Part shown: piece by piece, positions 10,869 to 20,800 of the stretch | How positions within the stretch are numbered: the first letter of the stretch is position 1 | Layout of the letters: each line of letters begins with the position of its first letter | Assembly: GCA_036480195.1 (NCBI GenBank) | Contig: JAZGGE010000287.1 | Coordinates: 1-36,555 of the forward strand | Direction of reading: 5' to 3' | DNA length: 36,555 nucleotides | Source: Methylococcales bacterium | GTDB lineage: Bacteria; Pseudomonadota; Gammaproteobacteria; Methylococcales; JAZGGE01 | Program-made: the position numbers and the translations under genes | Notes under the pieces: model-generated | Databases searched by the model: none | What the model saw: only the letters and a program-made list of their open reading frames with translations | What the model was told of the DNA's origin: nothing

Positions 10869-10910
10869 AAATGGATTTCATTTGCTACGGTTTCTATTCT
10901 CCGATACCTC
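10859..10910 (+). repeat. Remnant right end of element family B
   Basis: CTGACTAAAAATGGATTTCATTTGCTACGGTTTCTATTCTCCGATACCTC versus B1 end CTGACTCAAAATGGGTTTCCCTCGCTACGGTTTCTATTCTCGGACAGCCTC. Confidence 0.7.
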
Positions 10911-10919
10911 CTAACCAAT

Positions 10920-11168
10920 GTGAAACATGTCATTCTCTATGGCACAGCAGCATGTCATCTGTGTGAAGAAGCTGAGGAGTTGCTGATAAAAGCCCAGCAA
11001 GTAATTGCTTTTCCAATACAAATACAAAAAGTCGATATTTCAGAAAGTGATGATTTAATGAGTCGTTATGGTATTCGTATTCCCGTGGTCTTCAAAAAAG
11101 AGGCCGGGGCGGAGATTAATTGGCCTTTTGATTTTAACGCTTTGGTTGATTTTCTAGTGACTGGATAG
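10920..11168 (+). CDS. Glutaredoxin-like protein (DUF836 type)
   Basis: LYGTAACHLCEEA (CxxC), RYGIRIPV, WPFD. Confidence 0.88.
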   Translation: MKHVILYGTAACHLCEEAEELLIKAQQVIAFPIQIQKVDISESDDLMSRYGIRIPVVFKKEAGAEINWPFDFNALVDFLVTG

Positions 11169-11249
11169 TTTCTTTCGGTTTTTTCTTATCTACGCTCTGC
11201 GTCCAATAATCGTAACGAAAAGTGCTGGAGATGGAGGTTGCTCAGGGTA

Positions 11250-11348
11250 TCACTGATTTTTCGAAATCTCATCAATATTTACAGATACCTGTAAAATCTG
11301 CCTACTGCCCTCTCCCTGTGCACCATTTATATCAATAAATTTCACCAT
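11250..11348 (-). pseudogene. rtcA: Decayed fragment of RNA 3'-terminal phosphate cyclase
   Basis: MVKFIDINGAQGEGSRQIL resembles the RtcA N-terminal DGAQGEGGGQIL motif. The frame stops after 32 aa. Confidence 0.55.
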
Positions 11349-11541
11349 TGCCTAAGAGAAATAGGGCCATATATGGACCGATATGTAGTACTCAATCCGC
11401 TCCGGGTCGGCCCACCAAGACAACATTAAAAGAGTGCTAGCAACTTGTTGGCTCCCTCCGAGCTATACTGTATATTCCATAATTGAAAATTTATTTCACT
11501 TCGTCGCATCGTCCCAAGAAGTTTAACCTATACACTGTTAC

Positions 11542-12084
11542 ATGCTCAAAATAGCAATTCGTACTGGGTGTTTGTTGCCCGGACCTCCTGGTCATTCCAG
11601 TGGTACTTTCAAAGCTCGATATCCAGCTTTTCTGATTTTGGCTTTTCTCTTGTCAGCGTGTTCCACTGTTTCCCTAACTTTGCAAAGAGAGAGCGTCAAC
11701 CCTGATCAACTATCGGCGAACCATTGGGTATCTGAAGCAAGGGATACTGTGACAGAAGCCCGCCACCTACGTGTACTCTGGCGTGATACCGAATCGCATT
11801 TTTCAAAAGCGAAAAACTCACTCGCGAATGGCAAGTATCAGGCCGCCATTAATAATGCGCAGCTGGCTCTCGATGAGGCTCGCTTGGCGATTAATCAAAG
11901 CTACCTGGAACGGGCAAAGTCCGGTATCCAACAACTGGACTCAAACACCCAAAGATATAATTCGACTCAGCGGAAGTTGATTGAGATAATTCAGAGGGAA
12001 ATTCGACTTAAGAAGGGACAGTCCGCATACCGGCATTTAATGGATTTCTTTAATAATGAAACCAAATATAAAAATGACCCTTGA
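11542..12084 (+). CDS. Hypothetical helical lipoprotein
   Basis: Lipobox LLSAC after a hydrophobic stretch; helical body containing LWRDT. Confidence 0.65.
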   Translation: MLKIAIRTGCLLPGPPGHSSGTFKARYPAFLILAFLLSACSTVSLTLQRESVNPDQLSANHWVSEARDTVTEARHLRVLWRDTESHFSKAKNSLANGKYQAAINNAQLALDEARLAINQSYLERAKSGIQQLDSNTQRYNSTQRKLIEIIQREIRLKKGQSAYRHLMDFFNNETKYKNDP

Positions 12085-13330
12085 AGAAACGAAAGCTATT
12101 ATATTAACTTTACATCGCATACTAAAATCATTCTTTCAGGTTTTTAGCCGCGGCCAATCTTTTCGCGATGCATCGGCACTTGCCTACACAAGCCTAATTT
12201 CATTCGTGCCGCTAATGGCCGTATCATTGTCGATATTTTCCGCATTCCCTGCTTTTGACAACATCAGCACTCAAATGCAGGATTTCGCGTTCGAAAACTT
12301 TGTTCCCACTTCGGGAAAAGTTGTACAGGAATATCTACTTGAATTTTCCAATAAAGCCAAACGTCTCACTGGCGTAGGAATCATATTTTTGGTGATTACG
12401 TCTATCCTGTTGATGTCAACCATCGAAAGAGCCTTAAATTCTATTTGGCAAGTTTCAGAAAACCGGAATCTCATTGAGCGGTTCACAATCTATTGGTCTG
12501 TATTGACTGTAGGGCCATTGCTCATGGGAATGGCCATGGTTGTTACTTCATATATAGTCTCAATCCCATTCATTACTGAAACAGCCTCCCTGATCAGCCG
12601 CAAACTTGGGTTCTTGCGACTGGTGCCATTTTCCATGGAAACCATCGCGTTTGTGCTGCTCTACATCATAGTTCCCAACATCAAGGTTGCCTTTCGGGAC
12701 GCTTTGCCAGGTGGAATGGTAGCTGCTGTTCTGTTCGAAATCGCTAAATCAGGATTTGCCTGGTACATAACTCGTTTCCCAACCTACGAAACGATTTATG
12801 GCGCACTATCTATTATTCCCATTTTTCTTATCTGGGTGTATTTGTCCTGGATTGTTGCTTTAATCGGCGCTGAGATCACCCATTTTCTTTTTATCCTCAG
12901 AACATCTCCTGACAAATTAATAGCAAAAGGCAACAATCATGATTTTTTATGTGCTTATCATATCCTTGGCCATTTATGGAAAGCTCAAGGCGAAGGTCAG
13001 CCCGTTGAACTGGAACACTTGGTTTCCACTTTTCCTGCATATGGCGCTCAAAGTATTGAAAATGCTTTGATTCAGCTTCAGAATAATAAGGTTGCGATGC
13101 GGAATGAGCATGGTGACTGGTTTCTGGCTCGTGATCTATCCCGCTACACGTTGCTAGATCTCTATCGATCACGGCAATATCCATTGCCAAAACACCTAAC
13201 TATAGACAGCATGGGCGAAGGACTTAGACCAGTGCTCGATCAAATAGAGGGGACGATAGATACTGTAATGGACTTACCCATGTCAGATCTTTTCCAGACA
13301 GACACTAGATCAACACCTGAAATTCTTTAG
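12056..13330 (+). CDS. yihY: YihY/virulence factor BrkB family inner membrane protein with C-terminal HTH-like extension
   Basis: ASALAYTSLISFVP and YETIYGALSIIPIFLIWVYLSW motifs. Alternative start ATG 12074. Confidence 0.9.
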   Translation: MKPNIKMTLEETKAIILTLHRILKSFFQVFSRGQSFRDASALAYTSLISFVPLMAVSLSIFSAFPAFDNISTQMQDFAFENFVPTSGKVVQEYLLEFSNKAKRLTGVGIIFLVITSILLMSTIERALNSIWQVSENRNLIERFTIYWSVLTVGPLLMGMAMVVTSYIVSIPFITETASLISRKLGFLRLVPFSMETIAFVLLYIIVPNIKVAFRDALPGGMVAAVLFEIAKSGFAWYITRFPTYETIYGALSIIPIFLIWVYLSWIVALIGAEITHFLFILRTSPDKLIAKGNNHDFLCAYHILGHLWKAQGEGQPVELEHLVSTFPAYGAQSIENALIQLQNNKVAMRNEHGDWFLARDLSRYTLLDLYRSRQYPLPKHLTIDSMGEGLRPVLDQIEGTIDTVMDLPMSDLFQTDTRSTPEIL

Positions 13331-13352
13331 GAACCCGGAGAAATCAAAATAG

Positions 13353-16300
13353 ATGGAGAATAAATTACTCGATAATTTTGAAAAGCTCTCTCAGGAGGAA
13401 CAGGATATTCTGTTGGCTCTGTCCATTGTCTATGCCCCCATTGGCCAAACCCGGTTTCAGGAGTTTTTGAAACAGTCGTACTGTGTTCCTGCCGAAGTCA
13501 GCAATCTCGTTGCTAAACCGTTACGTGAGAAACTGGTTAGTTTAGAGCTTATCGAAGCGACACCTGAGGGTTGGATTTGTTCGCGTGCAATTTCCGAAGT
13601 GTTGATGAAAAAAATGGCTGGACGGTCTTCGCTTTTCGACAAATTGACCTTTTTCCTGTTAACCCAAAGTCTTAATTACAACAACCCTAGCTTGTTTCTC
13701 CTTTATGACGTAAGGGATTTACGGATCTACCTGTATCGAAGTGATGAAAAGGAATTTATCAATCACATACAGCAATTTGAACAGAATAATCTACAGGATT
13801 TAATTTCCACATTAGAGTCTCTTTTTTTTCAGGATTTTGATGCTGACTGGTTTAATGATCTTTCGGCAACGCTTCGATTGAAGGTACTACAAAGCTATCA
13901 GCTCGCTTTGCGTTGGCACCTTATGGGGTGTGATTTCCAATATCGGTTAATGAACGATTGTTTCAAAGAAACACATAATCCTTCGAAACTGATAATTCAT
14001 CGATACGCTGAATTGCATTTGCTTCGGGGTGATTTTCGAGGCATTGAGGGTTTGCTGGAGGGAGACGACTCAGTGGTCGCTCTGAAAATGATGGGTATGA
14101 TGCGTTTTATGGAGCATCGTAATGAAGAATCTGTGATGTTATTTGATGCCGCCTGGAAGGCGTTGAAGAAAGAGACTCGTAAACGCAATATATGTTTGGA
14201 TGATTTTCCGGGGTACTTTTTTCATCTGGCTTTATTGTGTAGTCAGACACCAAAAAATCAAGTTACCTTAACGAAACAACTGCAAATCGCCGTTAAGCAA
14301 CATGTGTGGCAGGACGGTTTCTTGCTCGCTGAGGAAAGACTTCTCGTCGGACTTAAGGTGTATCAGGCAAAAGCCAAAATCACCGATACTGCGAGCCAAG
14401 TCTTGTTCCAATATCATAAGTTTTCCTATGACCTTCTATTCTGTGTTCTGTTACTTTATTGGCTGGGTGAAACCGACAGGATGTTGAAAAAAGAACCATT
14501 AATCACAGATCAATTGAATGCATTTTGTGAGCAAGCGGACCAGAATAACTATTTCTGGTTTGCGGCGGTCAGCGCCGGTTTATTAGAAAGATTATCAGCG
14601 GCTAACAAGACGACACAGAAAATCGCACAGAAGTATCGTGAATCTGAATTCAATGCCATTATCGATCTGCTGCCTCGTATTGAACCCTGGGAACGCGCCC
14701 TCGACGCGTTGACAAAGCTTGGAGGGGTAGACGAAGAATTGGGGGATTCTTCAGAAATCAATAGGGAATACCGAATGGTTTGGGCTGTTACGATGGCAGA
14801 CCAATACGCCTATTTGGCCCCCAAAGAACAACGGATGGGTAAAAACGGACGGTGGACGAAAGGCCGTCCCGTGGCATTAAAACGCTTGCAGCAAAACCGG
14901 GAGGAGTTCGATTATTTGACCGAACAGGATCTGCTGATTTGCAGTCATATTGAGGCGGAATATGAGCGGAGTTTTTACAGTTATCGCCCCAAAGAAGTTT
15001 ATCTGTTAAATGACCTCGCGATTATCGAAGCGGTAGGGCATCCCAATGTTTATTGGGATGATGTAAACAGCTTTGATTCACCCGTTAATATTTCCGCTGC
15101 GGAATTGCAATTACTGGTTTCGGAACAAAAAGGAAAGTTACTCATCGCACTTTCACCTTTTCCCAGTGAGCAGCAAAAATATATTGCTGAAAGAACAGTA
15201 AGCAATGACATACTGATTTATCGTTTAAATGAGCAGCAGCATCAAGTTGCCGGAATACTGGGAAAAAACGGACTGCTGGTACCCAAAAAAGCCAAACAAC
15301 AGGTCATTGATTCGATAGCATCAATCGCTTCAATGCTAACAGTGCAATCGGATATTGGTGGGCAATCCAGTCATGCGGAAACGGTCGCAGCCGATAGTCG
15401 TTTGCATATCCATTTGCAGCCCGTGGGTGAAGGCATTCAGGTCGATATTTTTGTCCAGCCATTTACTACGGGTGGCCCACTGTATAAACCGGGCAGTGGC
15501 GGAACAACTGTGCTGGCCGAAATTGATGGCAAACAGTTACAAACCCTGCGTAATTTTACTCAGGAGCAGACCTATCTGGATCAAGTTTTGGAAAACTGTC
15601 CGGGACTCTACCCGACAACGGATTTCAAATGGATATTGGATGATCCAGAACTGGCGCTGGAAGCGCTATTGCAATTGCAGGCTTTGGATGACTTTGCAGC
15701 GCTGGAATGGCCTAAAGGAAAAGCCATTAAAGTCAGTCGAGAAACCGGAGTTTCCCAGGTTCAGTTTTCTGTGCGTAAAGAAAAGGATTGGTTTAGCGTT
15801 TCAGGGCAAATACAGGTTGATAATGGTCGGGTATTGGAATTGCAGAACCTGATGGAATTATTGGCGGCGACACCAGGACGGTTTTTGAAGCTCGAAGACG
15901 GCCAAATCATTGCTTTAACCCAGGAGCTACGGCAACGCCTGGATGACTTCGCCGGTCTGGGTGAAGCTCATGGTAAGGATTTACGTTTTCACCCTTTGGC
16001 GGCGCAAGCATTGGACGATATGGCTGAAGGCATGACAGTAAAAGCCGGCAAGCATTGGCGCGAACAATTAGAAAAGCTCTCAGAAATGGCTGATTTAAAC
16101 CCCGAGGTGCCTGCCACCATGCAGGGCGAATTGCGTGATTACCAATTGCAAGGTTATCAATGGATGGTTCGACTGGCCCATTTGGGCGCTGGAGCCTGTT
16201 TGGCGGATGACATGGGGTTAGGCAAAACCATTCAGGCATTAGCATTGATACTATCAAGAACAACTGAGGGCCCTACCCTGATTTTAGCGCCAACATCGGT

Positions 16301-17513
16301 TTGTATGAATTGGTTGGAAGAAGCACAGCGTTTTGCGCCGACTCTCAATACCGTCTATTTCGGTAGTGGCAATCGTCAGCAGATTTTAGATCAAGCCGGG
16401 CCTTTTGATTTGGTGGTGTGCAGCTATGGATTGTTGCAAAGTGAAGCCGAAAAACTGATGGAAATAAGATGGCACACCCTGGTTGCCGACGAAGCACAGG
16501 CGATAAAAAATCCACAGACACAGCGTTCCAAAGCAGCTATGGCACTGCAGGGAGATTTTAAATTAATCACAACGGGGACACCGATAGAAAATCATCTGGG
16601 CGAACTGTGGAATTTGTTCAATTTGATTAATCCCGGTTTATTGGGATCGCTCAAAAAATTCAATGAGCGCTACGCTCAGAAAATCGAAAACCAGAAAGAT
16701 CTTGCGACTCAACAAAGACTGAAAAAACTACTCCAGCCCTTTATTCTAAGACGTTTAAAAAATGATGTGTTACCTGAACTGCCTGCACGAACTGAAGTTA
16801 CATTGCATGTTGAATTGAGTGCCGAAGAAACTGCCTTGTACGAAGCGTTGCGTCGCAATGCCATGCAAACCATGACCACATCGCTGGATCAGGCAGTACC
16901 ACCTGGACAGCAACATTTAAAAGTACTGGCCGAAATAATGAAACTGCGCCGTGCCTGCTGTAATCCACGCTTGGTACTCCCAGAAACCGATATCAGTAGC
17001 GCCAAGTTACAAGCGTTTGAAGAGCTTGTCGATGAGTTGATATCCAATCGGCACAAAGCATTAGTGTTCAGTCAGTTTGTCGATCATTTAACTTTGCTTC
17101 AAGAACTATTGGATAGAAAAGGTATCAGTTATCAATATCTGGATGGAGCAACAACAATACCAAAGCGAAAAGCTGCCGTAAAAGCCTTCCAGTCCGGTGA
17201 AGGTGATCTATTTTTAATTAGCCTTAAAGCCGGTGGTGCAGGACTCAATCTTACTGCTGCCGACTATGTCGTACATATGGATCCATGGTGGAATCCTGCT
17301 GTTGAAGACCAGGCATCCGATCGCGCCCATCGGATCGGGCAAAAACGCCCCGTGACCATATATCGACTGGTTGCGAAAGGCACGATTGAAGATAAAATTG
17401 TCGACTTGCATAGACACAAGCGTGATCTGGCGAATAGTTTGCTCGAGGGCGGAGAGATCAGTGGAAAAATGTCGGTTAAGGATATGCTGGAGTTGATTCG
17501 GGAAATAGACTAA
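13353..17513 (+). CDS. SNF2-family ATPase/helicase with long N-terminal helical region (1386 aa)
   Basis: LRDYQ, LADDMGLGKT, DEAQ, TGTPIEN, LVFSQF, SLKAGGAGLNL, QASDRAHRIGQ. Confidence 0.93.
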   Translation: MENKLLDNFEKLSQEEQDILLALSIVYAPIGQTRFQEFLKQSYCVPAEVSNLVAKPLREKLVSLELIEATPEGWICSRAISEVLMKKMAGRSSLFDKLTFFLLTQSLNYNNPSLFLLYDVRDLRIYLYRSDEKEFINHIQQFEQNNLQDLISTLESLFFQDFDADWFNDLSATLRLKVLQSYQLALRWHLMGCDFQYRLMNDCFKETHNPSKLIIHRYAELHLLRGDFRGIEGLLEGDDSVVALKMMGMMRFMEHRNEESVMLFDAAWKALKKETRKRNICLDDFPGYFFHLALLCSQTPKNQVTLTKQLQIAVKQHVWQDGFLLAEERLLVGLKVYQAKAKITDTASQVLFQYHKFSYDLLFCVLLLYWLGETDRMLKKEPLITDQLNAFCEQADQNNYFWFAAVSAGLLERLSAANKTTQKIAQKYRESEFNAIIDLLPRIEPWERALDALTKLGGVDEELGDSSEINREYRMVWAVTMADQYAYLAPKEQRMGKNGRWTKGRPVALKRLQQNREEFDYLTEQDLLICSHIEAEYERSFYSYRPKEVYLLNDLAIIEAVGHPNVYWDDVNSFDSPVNISAAELQLLVSEQKGKLLIALSPFPSEQQKYIAERTVSNDILIYRLNEQQHQVAGILGKNGLLVPKKAKQQVIDSIASIASMLTVQSDIGGQSSHAETVAADSRLHIHLQPVGEGIQVDIFVQPFTTGGPLYKPGSGGTTVLAEIDGKQLQTLRNFTQEQTYLDQVLENCPGLYPTTDFKWILDDPELALEALLQLQALDDFAALEWPKGKAIKVSRETGVSQVQFSVRKEKDWFSVSGQIQVDNGRVLELQNLMELLAATPGRFLKLEDGQIIALTQELRQRLDDFAGLGEAHGKDLRFHPLAAQALDDMAEGMTVKAGKHWREQLEKLSEMADLNPEVPATMQGELRDYQLQGYQWMVRLAHLGAGACLADDMGLGKTIQALALILSRTTEGPTLILAPTSVCMNWLEEAQRFAPTLNTVYFGSGNRQQILDQAGPFDLVVCSYGLLQSEAEKLMEIRWHTLVADEAQAIKNPQTQRSKAAMALQGDFKLITTGTPIENHLGELWNLFNLINPGLLGSLKKFNERYAQKIENQKDLATQQRLKKLLQPFILRRLKNDVLPELPARTEVTLHVELSAEETALYEALRRNAMQTMTTSLDQAVPPGQQHLKVLAEIMKLRRACCNPRLVLPETDISSAKLQAFEELVDELISNRHKALVFSQFVDHLTLLQELLDRKGISYQYLDGATTIPKRKAAVKAFQSGEGDLFLISLKAGGAGLNLTAADYVVHMDPWWNPAVEDQASDRAHRIGQKRPVTIYRLVAKGTIEDKIVDLHRHKRDLANSLLEGGEISGKMSVKDMLELIREID

Positions 17514-17570
17514 CTCTAATGCCATTAAGTCTCAACGGATTTTCTCATGAAAGTCACTCTATCTTCAGAC

Positions 17571-17773
17571 TACCAGATCTCATTACAGTGAATTAAAAGG
17601 TTATAGAAATTCATGTGATTTTGTTCTGAGCCTAAAATAACGACTTCTCTTCGTAGGAAGGGCTTTAGCCGCGATCTCGGGCTAGATCGCGGCTAAAGCC
17701 CTTCCTACGAAGGTATTAAAACAAATTCCGTGAATTTCTATAACCTTTTGATTCACTGTGATGAGATCAGGTA
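17571..17773. mobile_element. MITE-like element F: about 54-bp imperfect terminal inverted repeats, TA at both ends
   Basis: 17571-17625 TACCAGATCTCATTACAGTGAATTAAAAGGTTATAGAAATTCA... pairs with 17720-17773 ...TGAATTTCTATAACCTTTTGATTCACTGTGATGAGATCAGGTA. Confidence 0.75.
17649..17712. repeat. GTAG-type REP doublet (REPIN-like perfect hairpin) nested in element F
   Basis: 29-bp perfect arms CTTCGTAGGAAGGGCTTTAGCCGCGATCT / AGATCGCGGCTAAAGCCCTTCCTACGAAG with a 6-nt loop. Confidence 0.85.
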
Positions 17774-17864
17774 TCCTGAGTCTAGTCAGACTTGGTCTGA
17801 TTGGCAATCAAAACTTCTTGACCTATTAATCTTAAAAAAGTATTTCAGCACCCCTAAACCGGAA

Positions 17865-20800
17865 TCAAATCAAAACCGAAAAAAGTAGATTAACATCGAC
17901 AAATGATTGCTCAACCAAAGCGTCCGGAACCTCCGGACTTTGGCTTAACGAGATGATTCTTACCATAGTACCTGCTTGTTCTGGAGTTAAAACCTGCGCA
18001 GGTACAATTTCGCTATATAGCCAGACTACTGCTGAATCTAGCGAGGGCGGTTGAGTTTGGCCATTGAGTCCGGCTACTTTCAATACTAAGGCTGATGCTA
18101 ATAAATCCATCACACCGGCTGTGCATCCCTGTTGCAACAACACCTCAGCCGAATTCAGCTTCTGTCGCGCTGCTTCCAATAACAGATTTTCAGGTTTTTC
18201 TTCAGACTCTGCAGATTCGAATATAACGCGTGTTTCCGCTACTGGTGAAGCAGTTCCAAGACGCTGCAGACTCCGCAAAGTACGCGAATCAATCACAGCA
18301 ATCGGTAATTCCGACTGTGACAAATCCTCCGCGACTTGCTCATCGACATCGTTCATTGGATTAACAACCACCAATAAACCGCCGCCCGAACCTAAAATCC
18401 GTTCAAGACGATTACTGAATACATTTTGAATTTCTTCGATCAATTGCCGAAGCCGACTTTCGTCTTCCTCAACAACCGGCGTGGTTTCTTTAACCAGGAT
18501 TTCTGAATCTTTCTGTACGGACTCTGCAACCGGTGCTAGTTGTTCGGTTACTTCCTGAGCCATTTTAGGTTCCGCTTCCGCCAGATCGTCAATCAACGTC
18601 TGTAGCATTTTTTTGGAAACACCGACCACATCTTCGGAAGCATCGGGACTGATCACATTATCGAATAAAGCACGCTTACCCTTAACCAAACTGGCAACCC
18701 TCTGCTCATAGGAATTTTCCGCCAGAAGCAGAAAAATCTGCACTTTCTGCTTTTGTCCGAGGCGGTGAATTCTTGCGATACGTTGATCCAGCACAGCCGG
18801 ATTCCAAGGCATGTCCAGATTAATCAAGGCTGTCGCAGATTGCAGGTTTAAGCCTGTACCACCAGCATCGGTGGAGATAAACACCTGTACCGCAGCGTCA
18901 TTTTGAAATCTATCCATTAAGTCGCCGCGTTTATGACTGGGAACGCCACCATGCAAGCGCACACACCCCAACTTCAAAGAGCGGGCCAGTGATTCGACCA
19001 TTTCTGTCATTAACGCCCATTGCGAAAATACCACCACCTTACGGTTACTTTGCAGACATAGCTCTTCTAGTAGCCGCGCTAATTCATCAAGTTTTGGTGA
19101 ACCCTCAGTTTCTTTATCCACCAAGCCAGCCGCATTACATGCCATACGAGCCTGTTGCAAGGCTGCCATCATTCGGTTTTGCTCGCCAGGCGTTAATGGT
19201 CGCCGTTTGGCAATATGGGCTAAGCGTCCCGCCGTCGATAGTGCGTAATCATGTAATTCCAATTGCTCATCGGTCATTGGAATATCCAGGCTAATTTCGG
19301 TACGATCCGGTAATTGGTCGCTCACCAGGCTTCGATTGCGCCGCAGCATTACCGACGCGATTCGCCGTCGTAATTCAGACAAATTTCGATAACCGATGAC
19401 CTTACCGCGTTCATCGGTAATATGAAAATCAAGCAGACAACGCCACAAAGGCCCCAAAACCCGGGCATCGACTACTTGCAGTAAGCTGTATAAATCTTCC
19501 AGCCGATTTTCCAAGGGCGTTCCACTCAACACGAATACATAGCGTGATGGAATCAATTTGACTGTCGAAGCCAACTTTGTGCGCCAGTTTTTAATTCGCT
19601 GAGCTTCGTCGAGGATTATCAAATCCGCCTTAAGGGTTTCATTGATCACGGTTAAATCGCGCAAAACCAATTCATAATTGATTATAAAAAACAGCGCATC
19701 GGCCCGATATTGCACCATGCGGCTTTCCACATTACCCTGAATAATCTGTACTGAACGGGCAGTAAATTTCTGAATTTCCCGTGCCCATTGATGCTTGAGT
19801 GATGCCGGACATAACACCAAGACCCGTTGTACACCTTCATTGTCGGCTAACCAGGATGTAGCGGAAATGGCTTGCAAGGTTTTACCCAAACCCATGTCAT
19901 CGGCCAGTAAGGCTCTACCCCGCGAAGCTAAAAACGCAACACCCTCACTTTGATACGGGAACAACCGGGCCTTGATTCCCGGCAATACACCATTAGTTCG
20001 CAGAATTTCCTGCTCAATTTTTTGACCCCGTATCGCTTGTGCGGCATCGTCAGCACATTGACGGACAAACTGAATAACATCATCCCCCAACTGAAAATCA
20101 TCCCGTCCACATACCTGTTCGGAAAAACGATAAAAATCATCTGGCAAGCGTCCACTAAAAACTCCGTTCTGATCGAAATACTCTAGCGCTATTGCCGCCA
20201 AACCGGCCTCAATTTCCGGTTTGTGATGTACACGGATAACAGGACGAGTCGCGGATTCCCACACCAGATGCACAAATGAAACCGGACAACCGGCCGCTTT
20301 TAGTTTTGCGTATCCCGGTTGTTTTTTTGCGTAATGTACCACCGCCTCAATATGCTTGCAGGTTCCCAGGCGATTGCTGGCTAAATCAGGGCAGGTACAA
20401 TAATTCATGCGTTGATCCAATGAACGGATTTGAACCCGATATGATTTCTGCCAATGGGTGGTCGATACGATGGATGAAGCTTGCCAGGTGCCGAAACCCA
20501 AATTACCTTCGACCAACTTAACCCGTACTTCGTTGTGGCCCTTTTTAATACGCTCCTGAATTGCTTCATCGACGGCACTACCCAACGTTTTCACGTCTTC
20601 CTCGAAGCCAAACTGGTCGGCATACGCATATAAAACCGCCACGGTGTGCCTGCAAACATCCGTCCCTTCATGGCAATCGCAACTTGCAATTAACTGTCCG
20701 TCTTTGTGACATAATTCCAGCCAATAGGGTTCATCATCTTCGGCATCTTCCACCTGCGCCGTCAATCTGTCATCCACCCTGTCCAGAGCAAATACACGGT

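Noticed and set aside
11430-11442. GAGTGCTAG, resembling a CIRCE half-site
   Set aside because: The matching TTAGCACTC half-site 9 bp away is absent.
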